Of a stretch of DNA of 34,572 nt, positions 32,082 to 34,572 are shown piece after piece. A program made the position numbers and the translations under genes. The stretch is taken from assembly GCA_027017505.1 (NCBI GenBank), contig JALUQR010000067.1, forward strand, positions 1 to 34,572. The letters are read 5' to 3'. The DNA is from a bacterium. Its GTDB lineage: Bacteria > Desulfobacterota > GWC2-55-46 > DRQE01. The notes beneath the pieces are model-generated. The model saw nothing but the letters and a program-made list of their open reading frames with translations. It had not been told where the DNA came from and did not search any database. The stretch's first letter is position 1; every line of letters begins with the position of its first letter.

Positions 32082-34232
32082 TTATCCCTTTTCTTCTTCG
32101 TACACTATTACCCTGTCCTTGCCACCCACCTTTGCCCTGTACATGGCCTGGTCTGCAAACTGTATGAGTTCCTCGTAATTTGTGGCCTTTATCCTGGGGT
32201 ATGTGGCAACACCAACGCTTATGGTGACATTTCTGTCCATCCATTCGTACACGCGTGCCTTCACACACTCTCTTATGCGCTCGCCGAACTTTCTTGCATC
32301 CTCAAGGTCTGTATCCACAAGGACAACCACGAACTCCTCGCCACCGTATCTGGATGCAAGGTCTTCCTTTCTCACATTCTCCTTGAGTATTGATGCAACC
32401 CCTTTGAGCACCTCGTCGCCCTTATCGTGCCCGTAGGTGTCGTTTATGGACTTGAAGTTGTCCACATCGAAGAGCAGTATGGAAAGGGGTTTTCCATGGC
32501 GCAGTGCCCTTGCCCATTCCTCTTCCAGGCGGGAGTTAAGATACCTGCGGTTGTAAAGCCCTGTAAGGGCATCTGTGATGGAAAGCTCCTGTATTCTCTG
32601 ATGCATTATGGCATTGTCAAGGGCTATGGATATCTGGTTTGCAAGGTAGTCGAAAAGATTAACCTCATCCTCTGTGTACTCATTTATACTGCCCAGAACG
32701 AGCACACCCAGAACCCTCTCTCTGTAGGAGAGCGGGATGTAGGCCACCTGTCCTGGTGGTGTCGCTATAAAGCCGAGTTCAAGCACTTCGTCCACGGTCC
32801 TCTGTGGAAGGGATATGATGAACTTTCTGTTCTCCTTTGCAGCCCTGCCAGGATAACCCTCTCCCATCTGAAGGGACTTTATCTCTGCCCTTGTACCGTA
32901 CATCACACGGGGAACCAGGCGGGTGTTGTCCTCCTCACAGAGGTATACAATACCCATGTGTGACTCCGTAACATTAACCGCTATGTTGAGCATCTTCTCC
33001 ATGAGTTCTCTGAGGTCAAGGGTGGACATGAGCAGTTTTGCAATCTCGTTGTGTTTTTTGAGCCTTTCCTCCTTTTTTCGTATGCCCTCTGCCATTCTGT
33101 TGAAGCCCTCTCCGAGGGTTTCAAACTGGTCTCCTGTTTTTATCTCCACCACTATGTCTCTTTCTCCCCTGCCGAATGCGTCCATCGCACTGGTAAGGGT
33201 ATTGAGCGGGCGGGTAATATCTGCCTTCACGAAGGCGGTTATCACTATGGATATAACAAGTCCCACAAGGGCAACCACGAATATGCTCTTTCCTATGTTG
33301 TAGAACACGATGGACTGTATCTTCTTTGCGGGCATGCTCACCCCTATGGCCCCTATTATGCTGTTGTTGCTGTCCATAAGGGGCTCATAGGCAACAAGGT
33401 GCTCGCTGCCATCTATGGTGAGGGTTCCGTAGTATGGTCTTCCGAAGGCTATCTCTTCACGGAGTTTCTCTGGCATGCTCTGTCCCACAGCCCATGTGCT
33501 TCTTGGAAGTGACGCGGTGGAATGTAGAAGGAAGGTCTGCGGAGTCTGGCCTGCAAAAAGGGCCATCTCCACACCAAACCTCTTGTAGACAGCATTGCCC
33601 AGCCAGGGGTCTCCTGTAAGAAGGCTTCCCGCAACAAGTGCCCCTATGGTCTTCTCACCATCCTTCACAGGAGACACCACAAACTGCACCAGACCCAGGT
33701 CCTTAACGCGCTTGGCAAGCTCTTCGTCCTCGTTTTTGAGAAACTCTCTGCTCACAAGCTCTGTGGAGCTTGACTGTTTTCCACTGAAAAGTGCACCCGA
33801 AAGAAGCCCGTTTATGGACAGTATGTCCCCCCTTCTGTCTGTCCTTCTGCTTATAACCCTCTGGTGGGAGTCCACAACCGTAAGGATGTCTATGTAGGAG
33901 TTGTTCTTGGTAAGCTCAAAAAGAAGGGTCTGAAGCCTTGAGCCATCCCTTTTAAGTATGGCATCCTTTACATCCTCTCTTGCAACGAACTGCTGTGAGA
34001 TACCCTTTACAAGATTTATCTGCCCCTCACATACCTCCTGCGCACCCTTCAGGTTCACCTTTATGGAGTTGACCCCTTCATCATAGAGCAACCCCTGAAA
34101 CAGATAGAACAGTATAACCGCAAGCACGGATACAGGCACCCAGAAGACTATGCTGAGTGCGATAAGGGTCTTCGTTCCTACACCGAGTCTTGGTCTTAAA
34201 AGTCTCATCTCAAACTTCTTTCGAGGTCCCAT
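32082..34232 (-). CDS. Membrane sensor diguanylate cyclase (extracytoplasmic sensor domain - HAMP - GAF - GGDEF)
   Basis: 716 aa. TM1 (LIALSIVFWVPVSVLAVILFYLF), a ~270 aa extracytoplasmic domain, and TM2 (IFVVALVGLVISIVITAFV). HAMP (ITRPLNTLTSAMDAFGRGE), a GAF-like region, and GGDEF with intact RYGGEEF. An RxxD I-site (RKED) sits 5 residues upstream. Confidence 0.9.
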   Translation of the reverse strand: MGPRKKFEMRLLRPRLGVGTKTLIALSIVFWVPVSVLAVILFYLFQGLLYDEGVNSIKVNLKGAQEVCEGQINLVKGISQQFVAREDVKDAILKRDGSRLQTLLFELTKNNSYIDILTVVDSHQRVISRRTDRRGDILSINGLLSGALFSGKQSSSTELVSREFLKNEDEELAKRVKDLGLVQFVVSPVKDGEKTIGALVAGSLLTGDPWLGNAVYKRFGVEMALFAGQTPQTFLLHSTASLPRSTWAVGQSMPEKLREEIAFGRPYYGTLTIDGSEHLVAYEPLMDSNNSIIGAIGVSMPAKKIQSIVFYNIGKSIFVVALVGLVISIVITAFVKADITRPLNTLTSAMDAFGRGERDIVVEIKTGDQFETLGEGFNRMAEGIRKKEERLKKHNEIAKLLMSTLDLRELMEKMLNIAVNVTESHMGIVYLCEEDNTRLVPRVMYGTRAEIKSLQMGEGYPGRAAKENRKFIISLPQRTVDEVLELGFIATPPGQVAYIPLSYRERVLGVLVLGSINEYTEDEVNLFDYLANQISIALDNAIMHQRIQELSITDALTGLYNRRYLNSRLEEEWARALRHGKPLSILLFDVDNFKSINDTYGHDKGDEVLKGVASILKENVRKEDLASRYGGEEFVVVLVDTDLEDARKFGERIRECVKARVYEWMDRNVTISVGVATYPRIKATNYEELIQFADQAMYRAKVGGKDRVIVYEEEKG

Positions 34233-34325
34233 CTCAACCTGCTTTTATATCTGGCAGGAATGTTGCGCATCCACACACCAGCCCCATTATTTAATAATAA
34301 CCCCCAGGGGGATTTCGTGTCAACT

Positions 34326-34490
34326 TTAACTTTTTGGGCTTAAATATTGATTGAATCCCCCAGCACCAGTATCTATATCGTCGGTACAGGCCCTCCACTT
34401 AAACCACGCCCATCCTTTATAGCTGTAAGGCCCCTCTCTGGAGAAAAAATTCAGGGAAACATGACCATCAAACTTTAACCAGATAATCAT
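34326..34490 (-). CDS. Candidate small Trp-rich protein (54 aa), unknown function
   Basis: Below the ORF-track cutoff; hand-translated as MIIWLKFDGHVSLNFFSREGPYSYKGWAWFKWRACTDDIDTGAGGFNQYLSPKS. GAGGAA RBS 6 nt upstream of ATG 34490. The stop is 93 nt upstream of the cyclase gene. I recognise no family. Confidence 0.3.
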   Translation of the reverse strand: MIIWLKFDGHVSLNFFSREGPYSYKGWAWFKWRACTDDIDTGAGGFNQYLSPKS

Positions 34491-34572
34491 ATTGTTTCCT
34501 CAATAGTTACAGAGTTTTTAAAAGAATCTATCTTAAGTTTTCACACTGCCACATTTACAATTTTCTCACAAT

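Noticed and set aside
1-34572. A mobile genetic element or genomic-island interpretation for the glycan locus as a whole.
   Set aside because: No integrase, transposase, IS inverted repeats or flanking direct repeats are visible in the window. The only hint is the orphan tRNA fragment at 31852-31876, which lies about 10 kb from the locus.

Overview
The window looks like chromosomal DNA from a Gram-negative, probably thermophilic and anaerobic bacterium. The taxon call is inference only, based on GGAGG-type RBSs, a tRNA with encoded CCA, an outer-membrane barrel ending in Phe, di-myo-inositol-phosphate genes, a rubredoxin/flavodiiron pair and multihaem cytochromes. About 90% of the window is coding.

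(1) 1-21804, all minus strand: one long, tightly packed glycan or capsule-like locus. Many genes overlap by ATGA or by 11-14 nt. Reading in the direction of transcription:
- rfbA, rfbC
- a GT39/ArnT-like membrane glycosyltransferase
- a WbaP-type initiating phosphoglycosyl transferase
- a methyltransferase
- a GT4 glycosyltransferase
- a Wzx flippase
- a CMP-ulosonate synthetase (NeuA family)
- a KpsC/S-like transferase
- a 368-nt gap holding a ~66-nt tandem repeat
- a NeuB-family synthase
- a KdsC-family phosphatase
- an SDR, an aldehyde dehydrogenase and a fused transketolase
- a coiled-coil methyltransferase
- a Wzm permease
- a Wzt-like protein with degenerate ATPase motifs and a large C-terminal domain
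- a partial transferase that runs off the left edge

(2) 21864-26611, minus strand: a multihaem c-type cytochrome, a truncated and frameshifted copy of its C-terminal half, a porin-like outer-membrane barrel, an FMN-binding-domain protein and a small 4-TM protein.

(3) 26967-31758, plus strand: rubredoxin and a flavodiiron protein, then a di-myo-inositol-phosphate operon (MIPS, fused IPCT/DIPPS, an HD-domain protein), then tRNA-Glu(CUC) and an orphan tRNA 3' fragment.

(4) 32082-34232, minus strand: a membrane sensor diguanylate cyclase (HAMP-GAF-GGDEF).

No transposase, integrase, CRISPR array or rRNA was seen.

The supplied ORF track starts ORFs at ATG, GTG or TTG, taking the most upstream one. 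I therefore re-examined several starts and trimmed them where an RBS or stop/start overlap supported it.

The most interesting leads are the cytochrome-porin-FMN module, the ulosonic-acid pathway with transketolase/ALDH/SDR partners, the degenerate Wzt fusion next to a coiled-coil methyltransferase, and the structured tandem repeat inside the glycan locus.
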